Shown here piece after piece: positions 38,385 through 47,797 of a stretch of DNA of 64,000 bases. Position 1 is the first letter of the stretch. Each line of letters starts with the position of its first letter. The notes beneath the pieces were generated by a model. The model saw only the letters and a list, made by a program, of their open reading frames with translations, searched no databases and was not told the DNA's origin. Both the position numbers and the translations under genes were made by a program. Source of the DNA: Microgenomates group bacterium (GTDB lineage Bacteria; Patescibacteriota; Microgenomatia; UBA1400; MFAQ01); assembly GCA_049303575.1 (NCBI GenBank), contig JBAQNH010000002.1, forward strand, positions 444,541 through 508,540, in the 5' to 3' direction.

Positions 38385-39524
38385 ATGCGCATTGGCATTG
38401 ATGCAAGACTCTATGGTTTAGAACATGCCGGTCTCGGCCGCTATGTAATGCGTTTGGTTGAAGATCTTCTTAAACTGGATAAAAAAAACAACTACGTTTT
38501 GTTTCTTAAAAAGGCTCACGCCGAGAAATTCAAAAACCGTAAAAGAGTCAAAGTAGTTATCACCGACATTCCAATTTACAGTTTTGCTGAACAAACCATT
38601 CTTCCTTTCATCTTTGCTAAAGAAAAACTGGATCTGCTACATGTTCCTCATTTTAATGCCCCCTTGCTTTACAACGGTAAATTAATTCTCACGATTCACG
38701 ACCTTATTAAGCACGACTCCAAAGGTCCGGAAACAACCACTCGAAATCGTTGGCTATACTCCATCAAACGACTGGGTTATCTCACTCTCACGGGTGGCAT
38801 TGCTGGTAGAGCGGACCATATTTTAGTTCCCTCAAACTTTGTCAAGGAAGATGTCGCCAAACGTCTGCATGTGCCTTCTGAGAAGATTACTGTAACCTAC
38901 GAAGCAGCTACCGGTTCCATTAGGGAAGTAGCTCTCACCGATGAGGAAAAAAACAAGTTACTCAACAAGTACCATCTTGTTCAACCCTTTGTCGTCTATA
39001 CCGGCAGTGTCTACCCCCATAAAAATGTTGATGTCCTAGTTGAGGCTATTGAAAAGCACAACCAACATAAAGAAGTTGATTTACAGTTGGCTCTCATCTG
39101 TTCCCGTTCTGTTTTTTGGGAACGTCTTAACCAAAAAATCGTGCAAAAAAATCTTCAGAATCGTATTAAGTTACTCGGGTTCGTTGAAGACGAGGATGTT
39201 TCCAAACTTTACAGTCTAGCTTTGGCTTTAGTTCACCCCAGCAAGATGGAAGGTTTTGGACTCACCGGTCTTGAAGCGATGAGTGTTGGTCTTCCGGTTA
39301 TTTCTTCAAATGCCAGTTGCCTACCGGAAGTTTATGGTGATGCCGCGCTTTACTTTAACCCCGACGACGTTGACGATCTCGTCTCTTGTTTGGAAACATA
39401 TTTGAAAGATCAAGATCTTCGTTTTGCCATGTCCACCAAGGGTTATCAGCAGGCTAGAAAATATTCTTGGCAAAAAATGGCTAAAGAAACTCTTGCCATC
39501 TACAAACAACTTCTCTCCAAATGA
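38385..39524 (+). CDS. Glycosyltransferase family 4
   Basis: MEGFGLTGLEAMSVGLPVISSNASCLPEV is the GT4 signature. Confidence 0.8.
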   Translation: MRIGIDARLYGLEHAGLGRYVMRLVEDLLKLDKKNNYVLFLKKAHAEKFKNRKRVKVVITDIPIYSFAEQTILPFIFAKEKLDLLHVPHFNAPLLYNGKLILTIHDLIKHDSKGPETTTRNRWLYSIKRLGYLTLTGGIAGRADHILVPSNFVKEDVAKRLHVPSEKITVTYEAATGSIREVALTDEEKNKLLNKYHLVQPFVVYTGSVYPHKNVDVLVEAIEKHNQHKEVDLQLALICSRSVFWERLNQKIVQKNLQNRIKLLGFVEDEDVSKLYSLALALVHPSKMEGFGLTGLEAMSVGLPVISSNASCLPEVYGDAALYFNPDDVDDLVSCLETYLKDQDLRFAMSTKGYQQARKYSWQKMAKETLAIYKQLLSK

Positions 39525-40624
39525 AGGTCGCTCTAGTCTACGACCGAGTTAATAAATTTGGAGGAGCCGAAAGAGTACTTCTCACCCTTCATCAAATATT
39601 TCCAGATGCTCCTTTGTACACTCTTGTTTACGACAAAAAATCCGCTCCCTGGGCAAATGACTTTAAAGTAATTCCTAGTTTTATTAATAAGATTGGTTTC
39701 CTCCGAAACAAACACGAGCTACTGGCACCCATTGCCGCTTTAGGGTTTGAGTCACTAGACTTACGTGAATATGATGTCGTTATAAGTATTACGAGCGGTG
39801 ACGCCAAGGCGGTAATCACCAAACCAGGGCAGCTACACATCTGTTACTGTCTTACTCCCACACGTTACTTTTGGAGTGGGGAAGGGGAGTATGTGGGAGA
39901 TATAAAGTTTAAAATTATTCCCAAATGGTTACATAACTATTTTAGAACAACAGACTTACTCATTTCCAAAAGACCGGACAAATATATTGCTATTTCCAAT
40001 GAAGTATTAGACAGAATACAAAAGTATTATCACCGTGAATCATCAATCATTTATCCGTCTATTGATGATAAATTTTACTCAAAAGATTATACTTCTCAAA
40101 AATCTCGAGAATACTACTTAATAGTGAGTAGATTGATTCCATACAAGAAGGTAGATCTCGCCATAAAAGTCTTCAATACGCTAAAGAAACCTCTTATTAT
40201 CGTCGGCACCGGCTCGGAAGCGTCCCATCTTAAAAACCTTGCCGGCTCTACTATTAAATTTGCCGGAGCAGTCGATGATGCCTCTTTAATTAATCTCTAC
40301 AAAGACGCCAAAGCCGTTATCTTTCCTCAAAATGAAGACTATGGTTTGGTTCCTCTGGAAGCCCAAGCTTGCGGTACCCCGGTAATCGCCTACGGCAAAG
40401 GAGGTGCTCTTGAAACCATTGTTAAAAATAAAACAGGTATCTTCTTTGCAGAACAAACGCTTGAGTCACTCAAAGACGCCATTGCTCGTTTTGAAAAACT
40501 TTCCTTCAGTCCCGAGGACTGTCACCGGAACGCTCTTCGTTTCAATAGTCAGACTTTCAAAAAAAACTTTGCCGCCAAAGTAAAAGAACTCTGGTTAAAC
40601 TACCTCGCCGACCCGACCGCTTAA
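39521..40624 (+). CDS. Glycosyltransferase family 4
   Basis: EDYGLVPLEAQACGTPVIAYGKGGALETI is the GT4 signature. ATGA overlap with the upstream gene. Confidence 0.8.
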   Translation: MKVALVYDRVNKFGGAERVLLTLHQIFPDAPLYTLVYDKKSAPWANDFKVIPSFINKIGFLRNKHELLAPIAALGFESLDLREYDVVISITSGDAKAVITKPGQLHICYCLTPTRYFWSGEGEYVGDIKFKIIPKWLHNYFRTTDLLISKRPDKYIAISNEVLDRIQKYYHRESSIIYPSIDDKFYSKDYTSQKSREYYLIVSRLIPYKKVDLAIKVFNTLKKPLIIVGTGSEASHLKNLAGSTIKFAGAVDDASLINLYKDAKAVIFPQNEDYGLVPLEAQACGTPVIAYGKGGALETIVKNKTGIFFAEQTLESLKDAIARFEKLSFSPEDCHRNALRFNSQTFKKNFAAKVKELWLNYLADPTA

Positions 40625-41617
40625 ATCTTTTCGGCAAACCAAGATTCCATCATCGCCCTCAACCACGATTATGTTATCGACACCAATAATGGCAATCTTC
40701 TTTTTGTTGTCACTAATGCAAAAGTTATCTTTTGCCTCAATTTCTTTTACTTCACCCTTTTTGGGTTCGATATTGTTTGCTAGATAATATTTTTCTAAAC
40801 TTTCCCAGGTTCCAAAATCGGTCCACTCAAAAGGTAGTTCGATAACCAGTGAGTCACCTTTGGCATGTACCTGTTTAGTTATTTCTTCGATTGCACCTTT
40901 GGGCATCTTGGCATACTCTTCGACAATATCTGCACCTTTGGAGATTTTAATTAATGGCTCATACCAATCAGGGCGGTAATCGGCAAACATCTTCAGTAAA
41001 TCGTTGGGAGTCATACAGGTATGATTCGCATGTACCAATAACTTCCCAGAACTTAGATTCTCTTTTATTTTTTCCTCTTCATTGCGGTCAACATACTCAG
41101 CTACCTTAAAAATTTTTACTCCGTTTTCTTCGGAAACGAGATCTCCCTTCATTAGGAAATCGACACCTTTAATAAAACGATCGGGAAGAAATCCTCCGGT
41201 GATGTATTTATGTGTTTCCTTTCCCAATTTCTCGGCCAGATCCATCATTTTAAAGATGTTTTCCCCGGGAACTCTCAAGTTATCTACCTGAATTAAAAAA
41301 AATGGTTCATCACCCTTACCCTTTTTAAGTAAAAGCGCGGCGGCCAGTCCTGTTGCCGGTCCCTGGTTACGAGACTCCGGTTCGATAAAAACATTTTCGG
41401 TCACAATCTCTGGTACTAATTTTTTGGCGATCTCGGCCTGTTCTGCATTTGTCTGAAGATATATTTCGCTCGCCGCAAATCTTTTTCTAAGAGTTTCCCA
41501 GTTTAATTCAAACAAGGATTTATCATGAACCAGGGGTAAAAAGTGCTTTGGTAACTTGGGTGAGGAGAGCGGCCACATCTTTGTTCCCACACCTCCGCAA
41601 ATTATTACTGGTATCAT
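40595..41617 (-). CDS. manC: Mannose-1-phosphate guanylyltransferase (NTP-transferase domain only)
   Basis: MIPVIICGGVGTKMWPLSSPKLPKHFLPL resembles the ManC GGxGTRLWPLS...PKQF motif. The 340 aa protein has no cupin domain. Confidence 0.7.
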   Translation of the reverse strand: MIPVIICGGVGTKMWPLSSPKLPKHFLPLVHDKSLFELNWETLRKRFAASEIYLQTNAEQAEIAKKLVPEIVTENVFIEPESRNQGPATGLAAALLLKKGKGDEPFFLIQVDNLRVPGENIFKMMDLAEKLGKETHKYITGGFLPDRFIKGVDFLMKGDLVSEENGVKIFKVAEYVDRNEEEKIKENLSSGKLLVHANHTCMTPNDLLKMFADYRPDWYEPLIKISKGADIVEEYAKMPKGAIEEITKQVHAKGDSLVIELPFEWTDFGTWESLEKYYLANNIEPKKGEVKEIEAKDNFCISDNKKKIAIIGVDNIIVVEGDDGILVCRKDLSGRVGEVV

Positions 41618-41667
41618 AGATTTAATAATATATCACTCAATAAGACAGAACTAACTTAAAATCATTT

Positions 41668-42318
41668 ATGTTTTACGACTTTATTAAAAGAATTATCGAC
41701 ATCGCCGGAGCCATCGTTCTCGCCATTCTTTTTGTTCCCATCTGGATCATTATTCCCATTCTCATAAAGCTCGACTCCAAGGGGCCAATTCTCTACAAGC
41801 CGGAACGCGTGGGTAAAAACGGCAAAATATTTAAGATGTTCAAGTTCCGTTCCATGAAAATGTTTGAGATCAATGGTAAGGCTGTTCACGCGGTGGAGTT
41901 TTGGAAAGCTAACCCCGCTCTCTTTGAAAAATACAAACGCAATGGTTGGAAACTGGAGTTAAACGAAGATCCTCGTATCACCAAACTCGGAAAAATTCTT
42001 CGCCAAACCAGTATTGATGAAATGCCCCAGGTTTTCAATATTTTTTCCGGTGAGATGAGTTTGGTTGGCCCCAGAGCTTACGTTGAGCCGGAACTGGAAG
42101 ATGCTAAAAAACGCTACGCCGAAAACGTCGAGGGACTCATTAAACTCAGTCTTTCGGCCAAACCCGGACTTACCGGTCCATGGCAGGTATCGGGTAGAAA
42201 CGATATCCCCTGGAACCAAAGAGTGGCTATCGATGCCGACTACGCCAAGCGTCGCTCCATAATTTACGACATTTATATTCTCTTTAAGACTCCATTTGCT
42301 ATGATTAGTAAGTGGTGA
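41668..42318 (+). CDS. Polyprenyl-phosphate phosphoglycosyl transferase, small monotopic PglC/WbaP-C type (initiating enzyme)
   Basis: KRIIDIAGAIVLAILFVPIW..., KPERVGKNGKIFKMFKFRSM and the C-terminal PGLTGPWQVSGR match the bacterial sugar-transferase family. Confidence 0.85.
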   Translation: MFYDFIKRIIDIAGAIVLAILFVPIWIIIPILIKLDSKGPILYKPERVGKNGKIFKMFKFRSMKMFEINGKAVHAVEFWKANPALFEKYKRNGWKLELNEDPRITKLGKILRQTSIDEMPQVFNIFSGEMSLVGPRAYVEPELEDAKKRYAENVEGLIKLSLSAKPGLTGPWQVSGRNDIPWNQRVAIDADYAKRRSIIYDIYILFKTPFAMISKW

Positions 42319-42340
42319 TTAACTAATTAAAGACGTTCCT

Positions 42341-44263
42341 ATGGACCAAAATACTCCCATTGCTGAAGATATTGAAAGCAAAATAATTGCAGAAAAACCC
42401 AAGATGAAAAAATTTAAACTTCGTTACATCCTCATTCCTCTAGCCGTAATTCTCGGTCTATTCCTCATCACCGGAGTTTATGGTTTCTTTGCCGCAAGAT
42501 CGATGATGCCCGACATCAACGCCCTCCAAGAAACCGGAACCAAACTCTCTACTGCCTTCCAAGGCCAAGATCTAGCTACCGCTAAGAAGGAAATAAAAAC
42601 TCTTTCGCAACAATTGGCTGATCTGGATACTAAATATCAAAAAGTTCGTTGGACTTTCATTATTCCCCTCGTTGGTAACTACACGAGAGACGGCCAGCAC
42701 GCTCTTAATGCCGGCAAATCTTTGATAAAGTCCCTCGACACCCTCATTGTTTCCGTCTCTCCTTATGCCGACCTCCTTGGTTTTAAAACTGACGAAGCCA
42801 CCCCTTCCGGTCAAACACCCAAAGTTCAGTCCATTGAAGACAGAATTGTTTACATGGCTCAGACCCTGGATCTCATTAGTCCCGATCTGGATAAAATCGG
42901 TGCCGACATGGCCGAAGCTCAAAAAGAACTGGATCTAATTAAAGACACTCGCTACCCGGTAAAGCTTTTTGGTAAAGAAGTTCGCAGCAAGATTACGGCC
43001 ATCAAATCCACCGTTTCCGAGTCTGCTCAGCTTTTAACACAAGCCAAACCTCTCATTAAGCTCCTGCCGGACCTTCTTGGTAATCCTAATGCCAAAACCT
43101 ACATGATTCTTTTCCAAAACGACGCCGAGCTACGACCAACAGGAGGATTTATGACCGCCTATGCTTTCATGAAAGTTACTAAAGGCAAGATCGATCTTCT
43201 CAGTTCCTATGACATCTACGATCTTGATGCTCGCTTCAACAAAAGAGTTCCCGCTCCCGACGCCATCAAAAAATACCTCAACGAGACATATCTCAATCTA
43301 AGAAACTCCAACATGTCTCCCGACTTCAAAGTTTCTATGGATACTTTTTCCAAATACTACAACGACATTCCCGGAATGATTCGACCCGACGGCATTATTG
43401 CCATCGACACTCAGCTCCCAGTCGAGATCTTAAAAGTCATTGGACCCATCGGCGTTGGTGGTTGGGGAAACTTCAGTGCTAACACTGATCCTCGCTGCGA
43501 CTGTCCCCAGGTTGTTTATGCTCTCGAAGAAATTGCCGATCGTCCTACCAACAAAATTGTCATCGGTCGTAAGGCCGTTCTCGGACCCCTTATGCACTCT
43601 ATGATGGCCAATGCCATGGGCAGTCCCAAACACCTCTGGCCAAAACTTCTCAATGTCGCTTTCGACGCCATCAAACAAAAACACTTGTTATTCTATTTCT
43701 TTGAAGAAAAAACTCAGATTGTTGCCGAAGACTTCAATGCTGCCGGTAGAATCACCCCAACAACCTACGACTACCTGCACATCAACGATGCCAATCTCGG
43801 TGGAGCCAAAACCGACATGTTCATTACCCGTGAGGTGGAACAGGAAATCACCGTTGAGGGCGGTACTGTCACCAAAACAGTCAGTATTAGCTACAACAAT
43901 CCTTACAAAGGTAGTAACTGTAATCTGGAAGCCGGCCAGCTATGTTTAAACGGTACTTACCGTGACTACATCCGTCTTTTGGTTCCCAAAGGAAGTACTC
44001 TTATCTCCGTTGTCGGTTCCGAAGTCAAGGAAATAGTTTCCGAAGATCTGGACAAGACTGTCTTTGAAGCCTTCTTTACCATGCGTCCCGAAAGTCAAAG
44101 TAAGATTGTTTTTAAATACACTCTTCCCCCAATGGATCTAACTACGTATCGTCTCTTAATCCAAAAACAACCTGGTACACCCGCCGTCAAAAACACCATC
44201 ATCTTCAATGGCACCGAAACCGTGGTTCAGTTGGACCAAGACAAGGAACTGGTTCTAAACTAA
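42341..44263 (+). CDS. Membrane-anchored extracytoplasmic protein, DUF4012-like
   Basis: A single N-terminal TM. The conserved-looking block ILFQNDAELRPTGGFMTAYAF matches my memory of the DUF4012 hallmark (LFQNNAELRPTGGF). The family name was not checked against a database. Confidence 0.45.
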   Translation: MDQNTPIAEDIESKIIAEKPKMKKFKLRYILIPLAVILGLFLITGVYGFFAARSMMPDINALQETGTKLSTAFQGQDLATAKKEIKTLSQQLADLDTKYQKVRWTFIIPLVGNYTRDGQHALNAGKSLIKSLDTLIVSVSPYADLLGFKTDEATPSGQTPKVQSIEDRIVYMAQTLDLISPDLDKIGADMAEAQKELDLIKDTRYPVKLFGKEVRSKITAIKSTVSESAQLLTQAKPLIKLLPDLLGNPNAKTYMILFQNDAELRPTGGFMTAYAFMKVTKGKIDLLSSYDIYDLDARFNKRVPAPDAIKKYLNETYLNLRNSNMSPDFKVSMDTFSKYYNDIPGMIRPDGIIAIDTQLPVEILKVIGPIGVGGWGNFSANTDPRCDCPQVVYALEEIADRPTNKIVIGRKAVLGPLMHSMMANAMGSPKHLWPKLLNVAFDAIKQKHLLFYFFEEKTQIVAEDFNAAGRITPTTYDYLHINDANLGGAKTDMFITREVEQEITVEGGTVTKTVSISYNNPYKGSNCNLEAGQLCLNGTYRDYIRLLVPKGSTLISVVGSEVKEIVSEDLDKTVFEAFFTMRPESQSKIVFKYTLPPMDLTTYRLLIQKQPGTPAVKNTIIFNGTETVVQLDQDKELVLN

Positions 44264-44267
44264 AAAG

Positions 44268-44807
44268 ATGAGAGCGTCATTTTCCGACACCGGGATTATA
44301 GTAAGGTCCGTTGACTCCGGTGAGGCAGACAAATTTGTTTCCATCATTACCGAAAATCACGGGTTGCAAGACTTTGTTGCCAGGGGTACCAGACGTCTCA
44401 CCTCCAAAAAAGCTCCTCATCTAGATCTTTTTAATCTGGTCAAGTTCCAAAGCGGTAGGGGAGAGCACCCTCACTTTTTGGATCAAGTCGAGTCGATCGC
44501 CTACTTCCCGGAAATCAAAAAAGACTTTGCCAAAGTTGGTCTTTGTCTCACCATCGTCGAAATTCTCACCAACACCCTGCCCATTGAAGTCGAAGATCGG
44601 GAAATCTTTCTCTCCCTCAAATCTTTCCTTGAAGCCGTTGAAAAATCGGACTCCCCCAAAGAAAACAATCGACTTGGTCGAAAATTTGGTCTCTTTTTAC
44701 TTCGTCATCTTGGCTATCCTCTTCCCAAACTACCTCAATCCGCCAAACTCACTACTTACTTTGAGTCCATCATGAGTAAAAAACTCATTGGACCACTTAT
44801 AAAGTAA
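44268..44807 (+). CDS. recO: DNA repair protein RecO (short form lacking a C-terminal Zn finger)
   Basis: GIIVRSVDSGEADKFVSIITENHGLQDFVARGTRRLTSKKA parallels the RecO N-terminal OB fold ([38 protein letters not shown]). FGLFLLRHLGY resembles FELALLGHLGY. Confidence 0.6.
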   Translation: MRASFSDTGIIVRSVDSGEADKFVSIITENHGLQDFVARGTRRLTSKKAPHLDLFNLVKFQSGRGEHPHFLDQVESIAYFPEIKKDFAKVGLCLTIVEILTNTLPIEVEDREIFLSLKSFLEAVEKSDSPKENNRLGRKFGLFLLRHLGYPLPKLPQSAKLTTYFESIMSKKLIGPLIK

Positions 44808-44812
44808 CAAAC

Positions 44813-45706
44813 TTGACGGCAAGTCTCAATTCTTGCGATAATGAGAGGTCTATGAAAATAAAAAATCCGTTAGTTATTGTTCTTCCCGTTATTATTCTCC
44901 TCGTCGCTTTTCTTTTAATTTTTGTTTTTAACAAAAAAACCACGACCACCCAAACAAAAGACATTGAAGCCGGTACTAAACTTCTGGTTAATGAACTGGC
45001 TCTAGCCGAGAGACCCTTCACCCTTCTTGTTCCTCATGCTACTAACAAACTTTTTACCTTTGTTACCATCAATGCCGACAAAGCCAAAGCCGCTACCCTC
45101 GACCTCGAGTATCAATCAGGTGACCTGCTTAAAGGTGCTCGGGCAACGCTCGAAACCCCCATTGTCAGTCCTTACATGAAGGCTATCATTCTTGGTAGTT
45201 GTTCCACGGGAGGCAAGTGTTCCTTTGACAAGGATCTAAAATCCGGAACTTTAAAGTTCAAATTAAACTTCGAAGGTCAAAAGGTGACTCATATTCTCAA
45301 AGGCGATTTTGCTTTTGTCACTGGTCAGAACAACCTCCCCGACGGCAAGGTTATTTTTACCCCTTCCAAAGCTACCGCAAGTGATAACCTCATTCTCCTG
45401 AACTCTTTTGGTTTACCCAAGGCAGTCAGCAAGGAGATTGTTCTCTATCCCATCGTCATCTCCGCCGTTGGCGCCAAAAACATTGTTGGTACTCTCACTG
45501 TCAATCAGTCAGGTGTCACCGGTGCCGAGATTTTCGACGGTCAAAACTACCTCCCGCTAACCTACACCGAAAAAGACGGTTCACTAACAATAGCTTTAAA
45601 CAACAAACCTTGGTCTATGAGCGCCGAAATCGTAAGAGATGACGAAAAGGGAACCAAAGAATCTCTCAATCTCTATCTTCTCGGCCCCATCGTTCTCTAT
45701 AAATAA
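44813..45706 (+). CDS. Hypothetical exported/membrane-anchored protein
   Basis: N-terminal TM (PLVIVLPVIILLVAFLLIFVF) followed by a Thr-rich segment. No recognisable motif. Confidence 0.35.
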   Translation: MTASLNSCDNERSMKIKNPLVIVLPVIILLVAFLLIFVFNKKTTTTQTKDIEAGTKLLVNELALAERPFTLLVPHATNKLFTFVTINADKAKAATLDLEYQSGDLLKGARATLETPIVSPYMKAIILGSCSTGGKCSFDKDLKSGTLKFKLNFEGQKVTHILKGDFAFVTGQNNLPDGKVIFTPSKATASDNLILLNSFGLPKAVSKEIVLYPIVISAVGAKNIVGTLTVNQSGVTGAEIFDGQNYLPLTYTEKDGSLTIALNNKPWSMSAEIVRDDEKGTKESLNLYLLGPIVLYK

Positions 45707-45744
45707 GTGTTATGCTAGATGGAGTGAGAAGGTGTTTCTCTATA

Positions 45745-45895
45745 AATTAAATAGCGTGTGGCCTCACAGGAACCCCCTTTGAGGATACGAGGAAGAAGGT
45801 TGTCGATAATCTGCGGATGCCTTCTGGTTACGCCTTTCTAACCAAAAGGGTACATAGTACCCAAGATCGGTGATTCACAAATCTCACACTAGTTA
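45745..45895 (+). ncRNA. glmS_ribozyme: glmS ribozyme (GlcN6P-dependent self-cleaving riboswitch)
   Basis: AUAGCGUG...GAGGAUACGAGGAAGAAGGUUGUCGAUAAUCUGCGGAUGCCUUCUGG...AACCAAAAGGGUACAUAGUACCCAAG...AUCUCACA aligns block by block with the remembered Bacillus glmS ribozyme (A^GCGCC cleavage site, GACGAGGAUGGAGGUUAUCGAAUUUUCGGCGGAUGCCUCC core, AAACCAAGGGGGUGACUCCUUG pseudoknot arm). It sits immediately 5' of glmS. Confidence 0.8.
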
Positions 45896-45915
45896 TTAAT
45901 TGCTATGCAAAACCT

Positions 45916-47640
45916 ATGTGTGGAATTGTTGGATACCTCAGTCATGAGGAAAAACCTGTTGTCTCAATTTATCGCGGTCTAAAAAGATTGGAGTACCGAG
46001 GATACGATAGTTGGGGAATAGTATATTTTAAAAATAATCGGTTAGTGTCTCAAAAAGAAGTTGGAAAACTTAAGTCAGAGCCGCTGGATCTTCCTGAGTC
46101 GGTGCTGGCCTTGGGTCATACTCGTTGGGCAACCCATGGAGGAATTACTAAGGCAAATTCTCACCCCCAGTTTGACTGTACCGGCAATATTGCTTTGGTT
46201 CATAACGGCATAATTGAAAATTATTATCACCTAAAAAAAGAATTAGCCCAAAGAAAGCATCAAATTGTTTCTGAGACAGACACAGAATTGGTCGCTCATT
46301 TAATTGAGGAAAAGGTAGCGAAGGGGATATCAACAAGAGAAGCGGTGAAACAAGTATTTTTAAGATTAAAAGGGTATAACGCTCTCGTTGTAATGGACAA
46401 AATACAAAAGAGATTGTTTGCCGTAAAAAAGGGCTCGCCCCTTATTCTCGGTCTTAGTCAGAAAGTAAACTGGATTGCCTCCGACATCAATGCCCTAAGT
46501 GAAGCAGAAGAACTAATTGTTCTTCTGGACGATGAGTTGGCCGAAATCAGTGAAAACGGTGTCCGAGTAATAAACGTCAGTGATGGCAGAGAAATTCCCA
46601 AGCAAAGAATAAAAATGGTTGAAATAGAAAAGGAGAGTGAGATGGGAGAATACCAAAGCTTTTTAGAAAAAGAAATTAACGAACAACCCCAAGTTCTGGA
46701 AAGAATTGCCCAAGAAGACGGAGTGCAGATGAAAAAGATAATCGCGTTGGCTAAGAAAATGGATAAGGTGATTTTGGTTGGTTGTGGAACTTCATACTTC
46801 GCCGGATTGGTCGCCGCCGAAAAGCTAATTAAAAAACTTGGTAAGTGGGTAATCACTGTCTTGGCCTCTGAGTTTGATACCTATGCCAGCCTTGTTGACA
46901 AAAAAACTTTAATCATTGTTTTGACACAATCTGGGGAAACGATTGATGTTCTAGACGCCATTACCAAAGCAAAACAAAAAGGAGCCACTATTACCTCAGT
47001 TGTTAACGCCAAATACTCAAGTGTGCAAAGGATCTCTGCTGTTTGTCAGATGCTTTCTTGTGGTGTAGAAAAATGTGTAGCTTCCACGAAATCATTTGTC
47101 GCTCAAATGGCGGTTTTTGACAAAGCTCTTGGAATAGATTTAAGTCAAAGAATTAAAAATGTTAAATGGATTCTCAAAAACAAAAATAAGATTGATCCCC
47201 TGGCAAAAATGATTAGCCAAAAACAACACCTCTTTATCTTAGGTAGAGGCAAGATGTTGCCCCTTGCTCTGGAGGGAGCTTTAAAAATAAAAGAACTCAG
47301 CTATATCCACGCTGAAGGAATGGCTGGAGGCGAACTCAAACACGGAACACTCGCCCTCATCGATAAAGACAGCATTTGTATTGTTCTTGTTTCAAAAGAA
47401 AATACCAACGAAATGCTGGCCTCCTCCTTGGAGGTAAAAGCCAGGGGAGCCAGAGTAATCGGTATTGCTCAAAGCAAAGAAGATGTTTTTGACGAATTTT
47501 TACCCATTAGGGGAAAAGAAGATGATGAACAAACAGAAGCTGTCGTTTGGTTGCAACTACTATCGGAAAAGATTTGTCATCTAAAACATCTTGATCCGGA
47601 CAAGCCGAGAAATCTAGCCAAAAGCGTTACGGTCAAATAA
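45916..47640 (+). CDS. glmS: Glutamine--fructose-6-phosphate aminotransferase
   Basis: MCGIVGY (Cys2 nucleophile), a GHTRWATHG block, and two SIS domains including GCGTSYFAG and SQSGETIDVL; 574 aa. Confidence 0.9.
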   Translation: MCGIVGYLSHEEKPVVSIYRGLKRLEYRGYDSWGIVYFKNNRLVSQKEVGKLKSEPLDLPESVLALGHTRWATHGGITKANSHPQFDCTGNIALVHNGIIENYYHLKKELAQRKHQIVSETDTELVAHLIEEKVAKGISTREAVKQVFLRLKGYNALVVMDKIQKRLFAVKKGSPLILGLSQKVNWIASDINALSEAEELIVLLDDELAEISENGVRVINVSDGREIPKQRIKMVEIEKESEMGEYQSFLEKEINEQPQVLERIAQEDGVQMKKIIALAKKMDKVILVGCGTSYFAGLVAAEKLIKKLGKWVITVLASEFDTYASLVDKKTLIIVLTQSGETIDVLDAITKAKQKGATITSVVNAKYSSVQRISAVCQMLSCGVEKCVASTKSFVAQMAVFDKALGIDLSQRIKNVKWILKNKNKIDPLAKMISQKQHLFILGRGKMLPLALEGALKIKELSYIHAEGMAGGELKHGTLALIDKDSICIVLVSKENTNEMLASSLEVKARGARVIGIAQSKEDVFDEFLPIRGKEDDEQTEAVVWLQLLSEKICHLKHLDPDKPRNLAKSVTVK

Positions 47641-47704
47641 TCCGAACCTAATTCCACCTTTTGAGTTTTTGTTTTGTCTTTTCACATCCCCTTTACACAC
47701 CCCT

Positions 47705-47765
47705 TGACATCATATATATTGTGTAGCATACTGGAAAGTGGTGATGAGTGGTGAAGTATCCTATA
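47705..47765 (+). promoter_or_regulatory. Candidate mraZ promoter plus tandem GTGGTGA direct repeats (possible MraZ operator)
   Basis: TTGACA at 47705-47710, then a 16-17 nt spacer, then a weak CATACT. Directly downstream, AGTGGTGAT and GAGTGGTGAA form a direct repeat with 10-bp periodicity, ~35 nt before the mraZ ATG. Confidence 0.35.
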
Positions 47766-47797
47766 TACCCCCATTCTGAAGCCTGCCAATATGAATT

